A stretch of 64,000 nt of DNA from Bugula neritina (GCA_964035545.1 OZ037767.1:4046707-4110706), one strand, 5' to 3'. Counted from the first letter of the stretch, positions 44,261 to 58,420 are shown. Numbers and translations: made by a program. Notes: generated by a model from the letters alone, not told the origin.

Positions 44261-47200
44261 AAGAAAATTACATTATTGAGACAAAGTTTACTTTTTACAC
44301 CATATTGCACTTACAGCAGTTATTTTTCAATCAAATGTCAAAAATTCCTATATTTCATGAATGCATAAAATATATAAAAACTTTTTGAGAACCACCTACA
44401 CCATTAAAATATGGAATCTAGCAGTTACTAAGTATGTTGAGCTACCATTGTTCTAGTAGAAAGATCAATGTCTGGAAAAACCAGCTGAATTTAAACAATA
44501 TTTAAGGTTGATATATATCCAAATTTCAATGGCTATGTTACAAGCAATTAAATATATAAAATAAAAAAAGGAAATGCAGTCGGCCACAGTTGAAAACTCA
44601 ACCAATACATAACTAATACTTTTATACCTGTGTATGAGTTATGCAAATAGTGAAAGATAATGGGTAAAAGTCATCAACAGTTCTGAAAGAAGTTACATGA
44701 CATCACTATATTGATACCATTGCAGTTAATCAAGATACAGCAATAGCCACAAACACAGCAGCTGTTGGGACTATTCCTAATTTTAAAGCATCGGGCTATA
44801 GAATGGTAAAATGTCTTACTGGTGTTCTGATATTTCAAGTTTCAGATCGCCAAACATTACTTTGCTGCAAGTGGGCTTGAAGTAATATGGGGATTATGAA
44901 ATAGTCAAATCACTGTTTATGTAATGAAACAATTCTTACAATAATTATGTCAATACACCTATGAATAGCAAACTATCTTGCATAAAATGTTTGTTCTGGA
45001 AAATACTATTGAAAAAATAAGTAGTTAAAAATACTAAGGAGAAAATAACATTTTAAAAGTAATTATTGCATATAAAAAATACAAAATAATGGAGGAGTAT
45101 TTTCCTAAAAGCTGAGCTCATCTTGCAACAAGCTCTCAAGGAGGCAAAGGGGTTGAAGGCTGTAGATAGAGAAAACACAAAAGATAAGGACAAAACCCCT
45201 AGCCTTGCAAGTCTAGCGAGAACCCACTATGGCAACATGTATTTAAATGTGAATGTAGTCTGCCATGTTGAGCGTGGCAAATTTGCATTTGAGTTTTCAA
45301 ACCGAGACCCCAGGCCAGGAGAATATCAACATCGTGGAGCTTACATTGAAAGAAAAAGGTAAGGGGACCAGAAAGAAGAAAGGTAGCAGGAAGCTATCTG
45401 TGATGGTCTGATGGACATAGTACAACTAGCAATACTGCGCCTGATGAGTTGCTTTATTGGCTCTGGAGCATCTCCCGTAGAAGCCAACAACCCGCTGATA
45501 TGTAGTTCTTAAGTGAACGTAGACAACCCCAAAATAAAATGACAAATAATTGCTGGTAATGTTAGCTAAGAAAATAAAAACAAGTTCATTTAATTTTAAT
45601 AATATTCATGACATATATCTTTTTTTATAGAAAGTTTCAAATAATTTAGTTTTGTTGTTGTGTTTGTTTTGTGTTTGTTTAAGATTAACTACAAAAGTTT
45701 CGTTTTAAAGTTTTTGTTTTACGAAGAGTTTTGCCAATACTAAAAGTTAGCTGTTAGTTTTTGAGATTTTTGATTCCTGAGACAGTTTTTTGTGTGAGTT
45801 TAAACAAAATATATTATAATAATTATTTGATTTGGGTGAATTACAAACTCGACAAGTGAATTGCAGCAGATAAATAAACATTAAATGAGATTAACAAATT
45901 GAAACATGATTAAAGATTAGTGACTCTTCAGTTCCCAATACAATACCAGCCCAACCTATTCAGACTGAACATAAACTGCACTTGCTCCGGACATGAAAAA
46001 ATAAACCTTATTTGGAAATCACAACCAACCAGCCAACCAAGATTATGGTCTATAAACCAACACAATGCGTGGAAATCTACAGTGTAACAGTGCAGGAAAT
46101 GTGTATATCACTAATATGTAGTATAATAATAACTTATTAAATAATCAATTATTAAAAATTTGGAGTAATAAATATAATTACATCTATAATTGCTTGTAAT
46201 TCAAATTGACTATTAGTATTATAACTTTATAAGTATTACTATTAATATTTATTTTATATTAGTTTAAGTTATTCAAGGAAATAGTTACTCAGTTAGCATT
46301 TAATAATTATTATACTAATAATAATATTATTTAACTTGAATTTAATGTAATACTAATAGTAATAGTAATAAAACTTGAACTACGGCCTCCAAGTCCATAG
46401 GCATAATCATAATGATAATATAAATATTATTAATATTATTAATATTAATTCTGCCACAGGCACATCAAAAAACAAAGTGATCAATTTCAAATTGAATATC
46501 CGTGCAGTCTATTGGTGCTTTTTACCCTGACTTTTGAACGAGACTCAGGCTGAGATTCCGCGACCCGTGCATTACAATCACTGAATCAGTATGACTGCGA
46601 GTGTAGTACAATTTGTAAATTACTGATTACTCTACTTCTATTACCATTACTATTGCACTAGCTGCTCTAATTAAAACGAAATTTGTGTTACTGAAAATAG
46701 GTATCTAGGTCATGGCGTAGATACAGTGTAGGGGCTCGTTTTGTTTACATGAAGCGGAGACGGGTTAAAAAACACCCAGGTTTTACGTTACCGCTTGGTT
46801 TAGAAGTGTCGTAAGTATAAGCTATTTTGTTTACCCGACGTTGCTCGCTAAGTTACTCCCAGTAAAAAGAAAATAACTCTCATATACAAAACTGCTTTTT
46901 ACGGCAAAATTTCTAGTAGTGCATTGCACTTTTGAAATTAAAATTTGAGAGCAGCAACTAAAAATAAATTTTATTGTTGTTATTAAGCGTATTACAGAAT
47001 ATCAGAATCTTTCCTAATTTTTGAGATGAAACAAATTACTGTTTGTGAACGGAGACACAACTCCAAACTGCTGAAATAGAGTGTCGGAACCAATAGCCGA
47101 TAGTCATTTTAACGTGATAAATAAATCATACACAGACCAGTTGAAAGGCCGGTGGGTAGGCTTTGAATGGGGGAGAGGAGAGGGGGTGTGAAAGCAGCTG

Positions 47201-48449
47201 AGTTGCTATAGTCTCCACTGTGATTTCAATGACTTTTGTATAGATTTTCAAACTGCCACCATTTGATAACAAACTTTTATGTTATATTTTGCAGCAAAGT
47301 GCGCCACCTATATAGAGTTTGGTGTAGCATTTAAACTAACTTGTGCTCTGAATTGTTGTTTGACCTTGCATGTCATAAGTCTCTACAGAAACTGATTTTT
47401 GACCAGAAATTAAAAACAAAATTTTTTTATGTTTAGGTGGTAAGGATTCATTGCCTAATTGCATGCATTGTTGTGTAAAGTTTTAATTTACTTCAATACA
47501 TTATTCCCTGTAAACTATACTTGTCATCTGGATAAAGAAAGCTTATTGTCAACTTCCGCATATTAAAGCTGAAAACTTACTTTACTGCTGCATTTTGTTA
47601 AAAACTGAATAGAATACTATAAATATATTATATTTTATCTCATTATCAAGTAAAGTATAAGTACAAGGATAGTTTTGTGAATTTATAATAAATAATAAAT
47701 GATTGCCAATACTAGAAGTGAAGATAACATATTTGTGTTAGTGTTGATAGTGTGTAAGCTTTTCCTTATAGACTCTGTTTTTACTTGTTATCATAACTGT
47801 GTACAGAGAGGTGACCTAGATATTGGCATGAGCTACATCAACCTTGACCTTACATAATTATTTCTGCTCAGTAATGTTGACACATCTACTCACAATCACA
47901 ATACTGTTATAATGAGAGGCTGTTAGTTTACATTAGCCATCTTTGTCTAGGTGCAGGAAAACTTAGTCAAATACATACATGTACTGTATTAGTTTATTAA
48001 TAGCAAGGAAAAGTTATTTGTGTGTTAAAAGATACTATATCTATTACACTGATTGAAATGATGATATAATACACATATTAAACGTTACTTGCTATCAATA
48101 TAGTTTTTATTTTGCTAAAATATTTATAAACTAAGTCCTCCCAGAATAATTTTTATGACTCACTATGCTGTTAATTTTATACAATGTTCTAAAAAACAGG
48201 TAATTATGTAACAACACAATAGTAGGATGATGTAATAGTAAAACATGACAGACTAAAAATTTCAATACAAACAATAATAATATATTATAATAAAACAACA
48301 CAGCAAAATAAATTATTAGAAATTTTAGTATAAGCTATAACATACAATTACTAATGACAACAAATAGTAGCTTATATTAGAATCACATGTAAATTATATA
48401 CATAATATGTTTATAGCAATTTTACAAGAGATGAAGGGGCCAGTCCTGC

Positions 48450-50800
48450 TTAGTGACGTGTGACAGGTACACAAGTTCGCTCACAATCTTTAGTGCTGCA
48501 TTATAAATAGAAACATTCAATTAATATACAATATGCATACAGCTCAAGCACATTGTATCAAGATAACCAAAACATGGATGTGCATTTTGCATTACCTTGC
48601 GTATTTTTATATTAAGAAAAACATTTATATAAAATAAATTAAATAAAAGTTACAATCTTGAGCAAACACCAAAGAAAAATAAAGTTTAACAATTATATTT
48701 TAATGTTTCTAATGAACCATGAACCACTAAAGTGTTCGAAACTCACTCAAAACCATCGTCATTTTGATTGGAGTTACCGTGGGGGAAGAGCTTCACATCT
48801 ACGTAGCCTACTGTTATAGCACCATGATGACTCAGTTCGGGAGGGGGGGTGATAGCACACCCTTCCTACTGTTTCCCAAATGCCTATAAGAACATAACGT
48901 TTGGTTCACAAAAGTTGGAATGAAAAGTTTGCATTTATACAGGTCACTCATATTTTATTAACTTAAACTTTAACTGAATAAATTTACATTTATAAGTCAG
49001 TAATTTACTCACTTAATTTAGTTGACATGGCTAGTCCATTCTCTAGGCAGAATTCGTAAAGCAGTGGAGTGGCTATTAATTATCTATATTGGAGCAATTT
49101 TGAAATAAAAGTAAAGCTGTAAAGCAAATATTAGGGTAAGATTTTAACTTACCTACTTCAGTAATTTCAGTCCTTACATACCCAAATCTGCATGCAGGTT
49201 GTAGCTGAAAGCTGTTAACATTTAATAGAAATCATTACATCATCGTCAACGCTTCTATTGGTATAGTATAAAGAGGGTCTCAAAAGTCTTCAATTACATA
49301 ATTTAGAAATCTACTGAATGAAAGTAATCTCTTCTATAAATCAAACAAGTGTATTATTTTGCATCACATTAAAATAAATAAAATAGAAAATTTCAAATTT
49401 GAACTTGCTGAGGTCAAGTGTAAATAATTTTTTAACTAATTTTACTTTTATGTATTATAGCTTTCTGGGTTATTTTTTGATGTTGGTTGAAACCCTTAAT
49501 CATTCTAAAAATAGCTTTTCTACTGATGATTCTAAACATTTTCAATATTTCAGAATAGCTTGTGTTCTTGTTAAAAACAGCCGTTTGAGTTTTTAGCTGA
49601 ACATGAAATTTCCCAGAAATTAAAAGTTGGGGGCCAGCACTTGAGCTCTCAAACCTAGAAAATGGAGAACATTGATTTGATAATTAAATGATCCAGTCAT
49701 CAGAACAGCTGCAAATTTGTTTAACAGATCATCTCAAATGAATTTAAAAGACTGATCGAAATTAGAACTGCTGAATTACATTAATAACAATTGATGACTT
49801 TCTACTTAAACTACATTTCAACTGCATTGATAACAAAATTATGACTTCAATTATAAAGTTCTCTATATACTGAGGAGGTTCGAATGTTTAAAATATTCAT
49901 CCTGTTTTCATTCAAGTTTTCCAATTTATTTACATTCAAAGATTTTATAATTAACCAAGTAAATCTAAAAACAAAAACATTGCAAATGTTTATGAATAAG
50001 GCAGAAGAAACAAATGTGTTGTTGCAAAAATTCAACCAATTACATTCATGGTAACTTCTACTAAGCAATATCAAGGAAAGATGCTATCTACTAACATCCT
50101 GCACATAACAAATTATAGATTTTCTTAGAATAAAAACAAGTCTGGCATATGTTAGGTAATTATTGGATAGAAGTGTCACAATTATAGTAAATTATGTGTC
50201 TACAGCGTGACTCCAGGTTGTTAATAGCTATTATTTCTCAAACTGTTTACCAGACTGGAAATCTAATTTCTTTCAAACTGAGATAATTGTCTGGCACCTG
50301 GAGCTTGCAAGATTGCGTAATTATTGAAAAGCTTCAAGAGGGAGCAGCTGTAGGTCTCAAGCTTTTATTTCTTATTTGATTGGCTAAGATAAAGCTATTA
50401 TAATCAGAACAAAGAATCGCCTGTTTGGGCTTTATCCCGTATGTTGAAAAGAAACCTTAAGATGTTGCTACATTACATAACTTAATTAAATCTGCATAAC
50501 ACCGATTAATTTATTTCTTTCAAATTTAAAATTATAAATATAATTTCGTTGTCAGTATATCTGCCGGCAACTTTAGTTTGAAAAAATTCAATAAGTTGTT
50601 GAGAAACTTGAATTCTTAAAGCGGCAGGTGCAGACGTTAGTTTCAAATTTTCAAGTTTCATTTCAATATTTGAGTTGAAACTTTGAGAAGAAAGCGCCGT
50701 CAATTGAAAGCTTGCGTATGTTGAAAACTAGTTTATATTTAAATACATTTCTCAGAAATGAAATGGCTTACAAGACATTACAAATACTTTGCTGTAATAT
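48450..50800 (-). pseudogene. Decayed extracellular-type LRR gene ending in a Kunitz-like module
   Basis: Large broken exon ~50800-49153 (LENLKLTSAP, KLPADIL, LQLLPLEAFQ*LRNL/KLQVPDNYL, LLSNNYL, KLKRLFLTR, LFTLDLS), then small phase-compatible exons 49072-49013, 48883-48778 or -48747 (VCYHPP...WCYNSRLRRCE) and 48495-48450 (TKDCERTCVPVTRH*). Confidence 0.6.
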
Positions 50801-51469
50801 TAAATGTATGATTGCGTTAGCAATACAACAGCAGTAGCAACAGATATTAAACATGTTTGATTTAAACGGGGTTATCAAAACTGCCTACACTTTATCATAC
50901 AATAAATGTATTCTTTGTAGATTGGTCCAAACCTAAAATATTTATAACTACAAGGAGCAAGCGTCTAAAAATGAAATAAGAAAACTAATGTCTAGTTGAA
51001 ACTATAAAGTGCCAGTTTTGTAAGAAACCAAATTAGACTTAAAAATTAGAAAAAGGGGGTTAAACGATTTCAAGTAGATATTAGCTTAAACCTCACTAAA
51101 GTTCCACAAAGTATGAGTTTGTATTTTAAATATGATGATGTAACAACATATTTATTAGCAATTATAATTGTTGTATTTCCTAACACAATTGGGCGATTAT
51201 ACCAAAGGTTAGAGTTAAACATATTTTTAAAAATATAGGCCCGAATGTGAAATGATAAACTTAGAGTATTTTTCAAGACATAAAATGAAACTTAAAAAAA
51301 AAACAATATGTGGAAACTAAAATTAAAAAGAAGTGTGTTTGAGAGTTAGAATAAACTGTGAAGGAAATTATATGTGAAATATTTCACTTGAAATAATACC
51401 AGAAAGTACGTTAAAATAATGAATTTAAATAAGAGAGGAAAAAAGCCACTTCGGGCTTTTCTATAATTT

Positions 51470-54400
51470 AGAACTAGTAGAAGCTGAAAGATGCCAACTT
51501 AGTGCAAGGAAACCTTTGTTTCAAACCAAAAAAACTTTCTGCTGGAGAAAATACGAAACAACCATGACGCTGATCTTCTCAACCAGAACATGCAAACCCA
51601 AAAACGTGTCCGAACTTCAAAGCCTGTAAACAGCTACAATATAAAGTTGTATTCATAAACTCTAGCTTAGTGATTTACTATTGTTGCAAAATTTATGCAA
51701 TTGTTTAAAGTAAGCTTCTTAAGACTTGAACAGATATTGAGTTAGCTGCAAAACAAACTCTTCAGATTTGTCACTTCATTAGCAGGAGTTGTGTGAAAAT
51801 ATGACAGCTATGCTCTAGCTAATTAAAGCTAGTTTTGTCTTAGTGTGTTCAAATAAGAGCTTAAAGTGTGAAAAAAAGACAAAATTTCAATTGATTTTAT
51901 ATACTAAACTTTAACATATAACAACTATATTGTTGTTAAAGAAATGAAATGTGTCTATGATAAAGATGGAGGTGTCTATAGACGTCATGGGATAGCTTTA
52001 CGTTATTACTATGGCTCGATAGGTAGCAAAAAATGCAGCTCCTTCCTGTTCTCTGGATCAGGAGGAAACAGCAACAACTTCATCTAAGTAATATCTTGTA
52101 TTGTTATGTTTTAATAACTGCTCTTAATTGTTAATTGAAAATATGATGATTTTTGAGAATATAATACTATATTATATATGACACTTTATATAAAAGCAAT
52201 TGAGACTTTTACTTTGTGCATTACTAATTACACTATTTGATAATCTAAATGAGTAGGTAATAAACCTTGATGATGGATTTCATATACAAGAAGAACGATC
52301 TCCAACAATACAGTTTTACTATAACTCGACCGTGGAGAAGCTTCTAATATAAAAGTGAAGAAATATACCGTATAGTTAAGGTGTAGTGTTACTGTACTAC
52401 TACAATGCTATAGTTAGCAACAATGTTTATCCTTCTTCTATTACAGAGCAGGAGAAAACAGAAACAACTGTATATAGAAATATTATATCTTATGTTATTG
52501 TTTTAATAACTATAATACTGGTTTAAACTATACTTTAAGGGTTTTTGTACAGATTATCGGTTGTGCGCTCTAAAATTTAATTGGAGCATATCTTTTTATA
52601 TAAGTGTTTCTTCAGCCACCGATAGAGATTGCATGTTGCACCCAGATCCAGGACACCAATCAGCTGGTCACCAAAGGACAATAAAAAAGCCAATGAACAT
52701 TTATCAAAATTTCTCAAAGCAAAAAAAAATAGAAAATAAGCCATTGAGAGGAAGTTTAGAAGAGCCCTTAGAAAGAGAGTACACAACTTTCAAACTGATG
52801 ATGCAATATTTTGAAACCTATTTAAAGCTAGATCAAACTTTTATTTTTAAATTCAACTTGAGAAGTTTGCTGAATAATTAAAACCATCTATAAAAGCGCA
52901 GCAAAAAATGCTCTGGAAGTTATAAGTAGTATATTTTTAAAGCAAGTTGCAATTATTACTATACACGCATGCATTTAAATTTAGTTATTCATTGTATGTT
53001 GACAATTTTCCACAAATTTCTTTAAAATACATAGTGACATCACAGATATATATTTGCATTTTTCATCTTAGTAGTGTTGAGATCTTCACTTCTGATTATA
53101 ATTACATGTGAAATGGTATGTCGGCTACGTAAACAATTGTTTCATGTTGTTTAAAAAAGGGGGAAGAAGAGGGGGTATAAAACTGTAAACTGTTGTTTCC
53201 AGTTATTTAAACTGGACATTGTTTTGTTTTAGGAAAATTCCAGACTGCAACTCTAGATGCAAACGAAACTTGAGAAGTGTTTGTAACCTCCGAGCCCTGA
53301 ATCTGGGATATTGTATGGCTCACCGGCACTCATCCATGGTTTTACAGTAGCTTGAAATTTTTTATACCAATTTGTATTGATTCAAAGAAAAAATCAACTG
53401 AAAAATAATTTCTTTAAAAGATAATTTCTTTATAAATAAAAGGCTATAAAGAGTTACAATAGGTGAACCGTGTAGTATGCAAAAAAACAACCACCTCAGC
53501 TAACAAATAGAAAAAGAAAAGCCAACTTTTTGAGGTTAAAGCAAATGTTTATCAAATCTGGTTACCATCTGCGGTTCTACTACGACCCTTCAACCAGAAC
53601 CTCTGAAAGATTTAGGTACAGAGGCTTTGACGGAAATGTGACCAAGTTTCATTGAGGGCATACTTGACTCATACATGAAAAGTAGTCTTAGCTATTATTT
53701 GCTGTTAGTATAATATGTATGTATAGCAGGCGTGGAAAAGTGGTCATTTTAATTTACTTTGCTGTGCTTTTAGTCATATTATATTGTTTGTATTGAATTT
53801 TTTATTCTTGCATGTTTCATCATGCATTATGTTCCATTTTACATAATCACCTGTTTTCTAGAATATATTTTAATGTACAAACTTAGCAGCATGTATATAC
53901 GGATTTTTCTGGAAAGATTTTGTCAACAGTTTTTGTAATATTGAAGCTATATTTTGCTGGCATGTAAACTTTAATGAGTAGATCATACCATCTGTATTAG
54001 CCTATAATCAATATCATACATATACTTTGAAGCATGAAAAATCTTTCATTATCTATACTCTATTGCCTACATCAGTTGTATTACAGCAGTAAGTTATGCA
54101 GATTTGAAGCTCTGCTTAAAGAAGCTGAATAAAAAAAGCACACTGCCTATTTTTTAATATAATGTTTAAACATGAAGTTATAATTATATTTTATGCATCA
54201 CTCATAAAAATTTTTGTGAAAAATAAAACTAAAAACAAAACTGAAAAACACTTTGAACTCAAATGATGGCAAAAAAGTAAGAATTGCAGGTTTTGATTGG
54301 CTCAACGTAAAATTTCAGGTTAGTTAAGTTGGAGCTACAATCTCTTAAAACTGGCTAACCAGTCAAACCCCTAAGGTCAAAAAAGAAAACAACAAAAATT

Positions 54401-57400
54401 AACACTTCATCTTGAACGGGTTTTAGCTATGGTAAAACCAAGCTATGAGTATTTTTAAAATTCGAACCGCTCAGTTAAAAAAGCATGAGGTTAAAGTTCA
54501 ACAACAGAAGTCTGCCTATTGGTTGTGTCAACCACACCCACAGGAATTTACTAAGTCACTTCCAAAGCAATAAACTAAAAACATCTGCGGGTGGCATTGC
54601 TATGCAAACTGCTTCCTACTATCTTTACAATGAGAGAAACAGGCTTTCAAAAATGAAAAAAAACTATAAGCTATACCAGCTGGGAGAACAAATAAGAACA
54701 TTTAGACCCATATAGAAAGATCTAATTGCTGTTGGAACCAAAAAATTGATTCCAAACTTAATTTTTGAAATGCCGAAAATTCTTTCTTAGGTTTTAGTAC
54801 AAAACTAATAAAAAACAAAGATACAACTTCCATTAAAATTATGGAATTGCTTGTTGCAGTGCGTGATTTGGGATAATCTTACTGAAAATTATGAAAAAAT
54901 ATTTAAAAGAATGCAGACTAGAAAGGTGCAAGTAAAAATCGTTATTGATTGAAGGGGCAGCACAAATTTATAATTACCAAGAAAAAAAACTCCTATAAAG
55001 AGTAAAAAGCCTCAAAAAGTGCAAGATGCTAAAAGAATGTATATAATATGATATATAATTAAATATAACTCGTCTTAGAATTAAGTCCTTGGAAAATAAT
55101 GTTAAGATATTTGCTGATATTATTAGCAGATGTTGAACTGCTTTGTCTTTCAACAGAGAAATTACTGAAAGTTGAAAAAGGCTTATGTAAAAAATTAATT
55201 AATTAATTAATTAAATTAATAATGGATGTGTGCAGTATCTTTTTTCTAGTAATTATTGCATTTATCCTTTTGATCCAAGTGAGGGTCGTACAGGGATCTG
55301 GTATGTCAACTGTATGTGAGTATAGAGATTAGTAATCGATTTACTAAATACTATTATAACACAAATAAATTATTCTAGTTAAAGAAAAGAGTTGTCCCCT
55401 ACCAGAAGGGGAAGAAAGGGTACACCAAGATGACTGTATACCCCAATTTTACAATTTTATTATAGCGCAACATTGGGGAAGTCCCTAGTATAAAAGTGAA
55501 GAATTATACCTTATAGTTAAGGTATAGTGTTACTGTACTACTATAATGCTATAGTTAGCAACAATGTTTATCCTTCTTCTATTACAGAGCAGGAGGAAAC
55601 AGAAACAACTGTATACAAATATATTATCTTATTTTAATGTTTTAATAACTATAATAATGGTTTAAACTAATTAATTTAATTTATACTTTAAGGGTTTTTG
55701 TACAGATTATCGGTTGTACGCTCTAAAATTTAATTGGAGCATATCTTGTTATAAGTGTTTTTATTTAGTTCTTATGTTCTGGTTAACATATAAAAGCTGA
55801 ACCTGTTCACCAGAGCGTATTATTATACTGTATATAACTATTAATATATTTATTAAACTCTACAGAACATCGTGTCTCAGCACCCAGTCTTGTTACTTCT
55901 GACAGCTGCTGATTTATAAAACTGGTACTAATTATTGCTAATCATTGCTTGCTATTTTTAGCTACACTAATTTGCTAAAAATAAATTAAGCAAGGTTCTA
56001 GGTAGTGATAATTAAGATTATGATTGCGTTTAAAATTTAAAGCATTCAACATATTTTCTGATTAGTGTTTCCTGTTTTACAGACAGACACTGTATGCAAG
56101 AACCAGATCCTGGTTACCAATCAGCAGGTCACCAAAGGACAACAAAAGGACAAATAAACATTTTTTATCATACTTTTTCATTAATGTTTCTTCAGCCACT
56201 GATAGAGATTGCATGCAACACCCAGACCCAGCACACCAATCAGCTGGTCACCAAAGGACAATAAAAGAGCAAATGAACATTTTTTCAAGCAAAGGAAAAA
56301 TACAAAATAAGCCATTGAAAAAAAGTTTAGAGGAGCCCTTAGAAAGAGAGTACACAACTCTCAAACTGATTATGTAATATTTTGAAACTTATTTAAAGCT
56401 AGATCAAACTTTTATTCTCAGATTCAACTGGAAAAGTTTGCTCAATAATTTAAACCATGTAAAAAGACACAGCAAAAGAAGCTCTAGGAATTTTGTGATG
56501 CTCTTTCCTGCATTACCTACCAAAGTTTGTGAAACAAAAGAAAATGAAATAAAAATGTTTAAATAAATAACAAAAACAAAATGGAAATTTCAACCTTTGA
56601 TTGGTTGAGCAGAAGGCTGTTGACAAGTGAAGTTGGAGTTACTATCTCTTGAAGAAGGAACTTGAGTTAAACTTTCAAACTCCTTTAAAGCACAAGCAAA
56701 AAAGCAACATTTGAACTAGTTTCAACAAATGAACTTAGATAAAGAAATATAAAAAGCTGAAAGGTTAAAGTTCAATAGCAAAGGACTCCTCATACTGTTT
56801 TCGGCAACTATATACACACCCAAGAATTTATATAGAGCCAATAATGAGATATGCTGATGGAAATGACATTTTAACTACTAAATTAAAAGCATTACAAAAT
56901 ACTACAACTACTTCAGAAAACGGAGTCATTGCTTAAACTAGTATATCAGTAATCCCATTAATTCTGCAATGAGAAAAACAGGTTTCTAAAATGAAAAAAA
57001 TAGCTATAAATTATGTTGGCTGGTGGAACAAATAGGAACATTTAAACACATATAGCAAGAGCAGTTCAACTACCGTAGAGAACCAACAACTTCATTTTAA
57101 ACTTATTTTTGAAATGCAAAAAAGATTTTTTTTAGGTTTTAGTGCCCAACTAATAAAAAAATGCAACTTCTATTGAAATGACGCAATTGCTTGTTGCATT
57201 ACGTGCTTTGGGTGATTCCAATGAGGATTAGGAAGAATAGTTGAAAGAGTGTAGACCAGAAAGGTGTGAGTAGAAAGCATTATAGATTTTGAAAGAAAAT
57301 TTATAACTGCTAAAAAAAGACTTCTATAAATAATAAAATACCTCAAAAAGTCCAAGATGCTAAAAAACTGCACGGGTTTAGTATAATAATGAAATATAAC

Positions 57401-58420
57401 ATTTCTTAGAAATGAATCTTCAGAAAAAAATTGCCAACTTTCAACAAAAAGTTTGCTGATGTTAAAAGCAGATGTTAAACTGCTTTGTATTTCAACAGAG
57501 AAATTACTGGAACTCAATAAAGGTTTCTAAAGGAAAAAGCAGCTAAATATTAAAATGTTTTAACAATTAATTAAAATTAAAAGTTAATAACTATCAAAAA
57601 CATGCGTATGCATAAATTGCTATTACAGCTTACACAGCTTACACAGGGATCTGGCATGTTAACCACATAAATTTTTTTGCTCTAATTTTAAACTTATATA
57701 ATATATATTTTTATCTTAATTATGTAATTAATAACAAGTTAACATACATTACATTAAGTAAGTAATATCATGGATATTTGCATGTATATTGCTATTATGA
57801 CTTTCTCAACATTAGTTCAAAAGATGGTCACACCTAGAGCAGGTAAGTCAATTGAATAAATCAATTACTTGATCAATAATGGACATGTTTATTATTTTCA
57901 CTCTGATAGCATTGATTGTTTTGATTGAAGTGAGGGTCATACAAGGATCTGGTAAGTCATCTTTTATGACATCAAATTTAAACATAATCGTTTTTTTTTT
58001 ACAAGGTTGATCAACATGTAAATACAGACATTAGTGATTGATTTATTAAATACTATTATAACACAAATACATTTTTCTATAGGTAAAGAAAGGAGTTGTC
58101 CCCTATCTGAAGGAGAAGAAAGGGTATACCAAGATGACTGTATATACCCCAACATTACAGTTTTACCATAACAGTGGAGAAGTTTCCAATATAAAGGTGA
58201 GGAATTATACCGTATAGTTAAGGTATAGTGTTACTGTACTACTATAATGCTATAGTTAGCATCAATGTTTATCCTTCTTTTATTACAGAGCAGGAGGAAA
58301 CAGAAACAACTGCATACATCATGCTATTGTTCAAAGTCATTTACCTTCCATGGCTCTGGAGGGAACAGAAACAAATTTGAATCAGAAGAAGATTTCCTAT
58401 AAGAATACTCTAATACTCAA
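51470..58420 (+). pseudogene. Duplicated, decayed multi-Kunitz (BPTI) exons interleaved with LRR-like relics
   Basis: 51942-52087 MKCVYDKDGG...ALRYYYGSIGSKKCSSFLFSGSGGNSNNFI*; YYYNAIV/QQCLSFFYYRAG(E/G)NRNN-type at ~52390, 55530, 58230; DCMLHPDPG-type at ~52620, 56085, 56200; DCNSRCKRNLRSVCNL at ~53240; SFTFHGSGGNRNKFESEED at ~58335. LRR-like LVKLELQSL/KLELLSL and VELLCLS in 54250-55190 and 56500-57530. Confidence 0.7.
52335..58320 (+). repeat. Mosaic local direct duplications
   Basis: 52335-52610 ~ 55475-55760 ~ (part) 58180-58320; 52605-52915 ~ 56185-56490; 54280-55190 ~ 56590-57530; 55270-55620 ~ 57925-58320. Confidence 0.8.

Larger units (their letters stand above)
40429..44500 (+). pseudogene. 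Tandem array of ~10 Roc-like GTPase P-loop (G1) modules and two LRR-cap fragments
   Basis: Starts near 40429, 41128, 41364, 41421, 41638, 42307, 42504, 43985, 44202, 44441, e.g. EATVAVIGQTMSGKTSLIKTL, ETTVAVMGKTMAGKTSLIKTI, AMVALVGRSLSGKTSLIYTI. Cap fragment GLPSITQYYKDI at 41743 and 43421. Confidence 0.72.

Noticed and set aside
40429-44500. Intact multi-P-loop protein gene
   Set aside because: Stops follow each module and no consistent splice phase links them.
45438-45485. Second hammerhead (cctgatgag...)
   Set aside because: No GAAA after a stem II and no stem III or cleavage triplet; ctgatgag at 38577 fails the same way.
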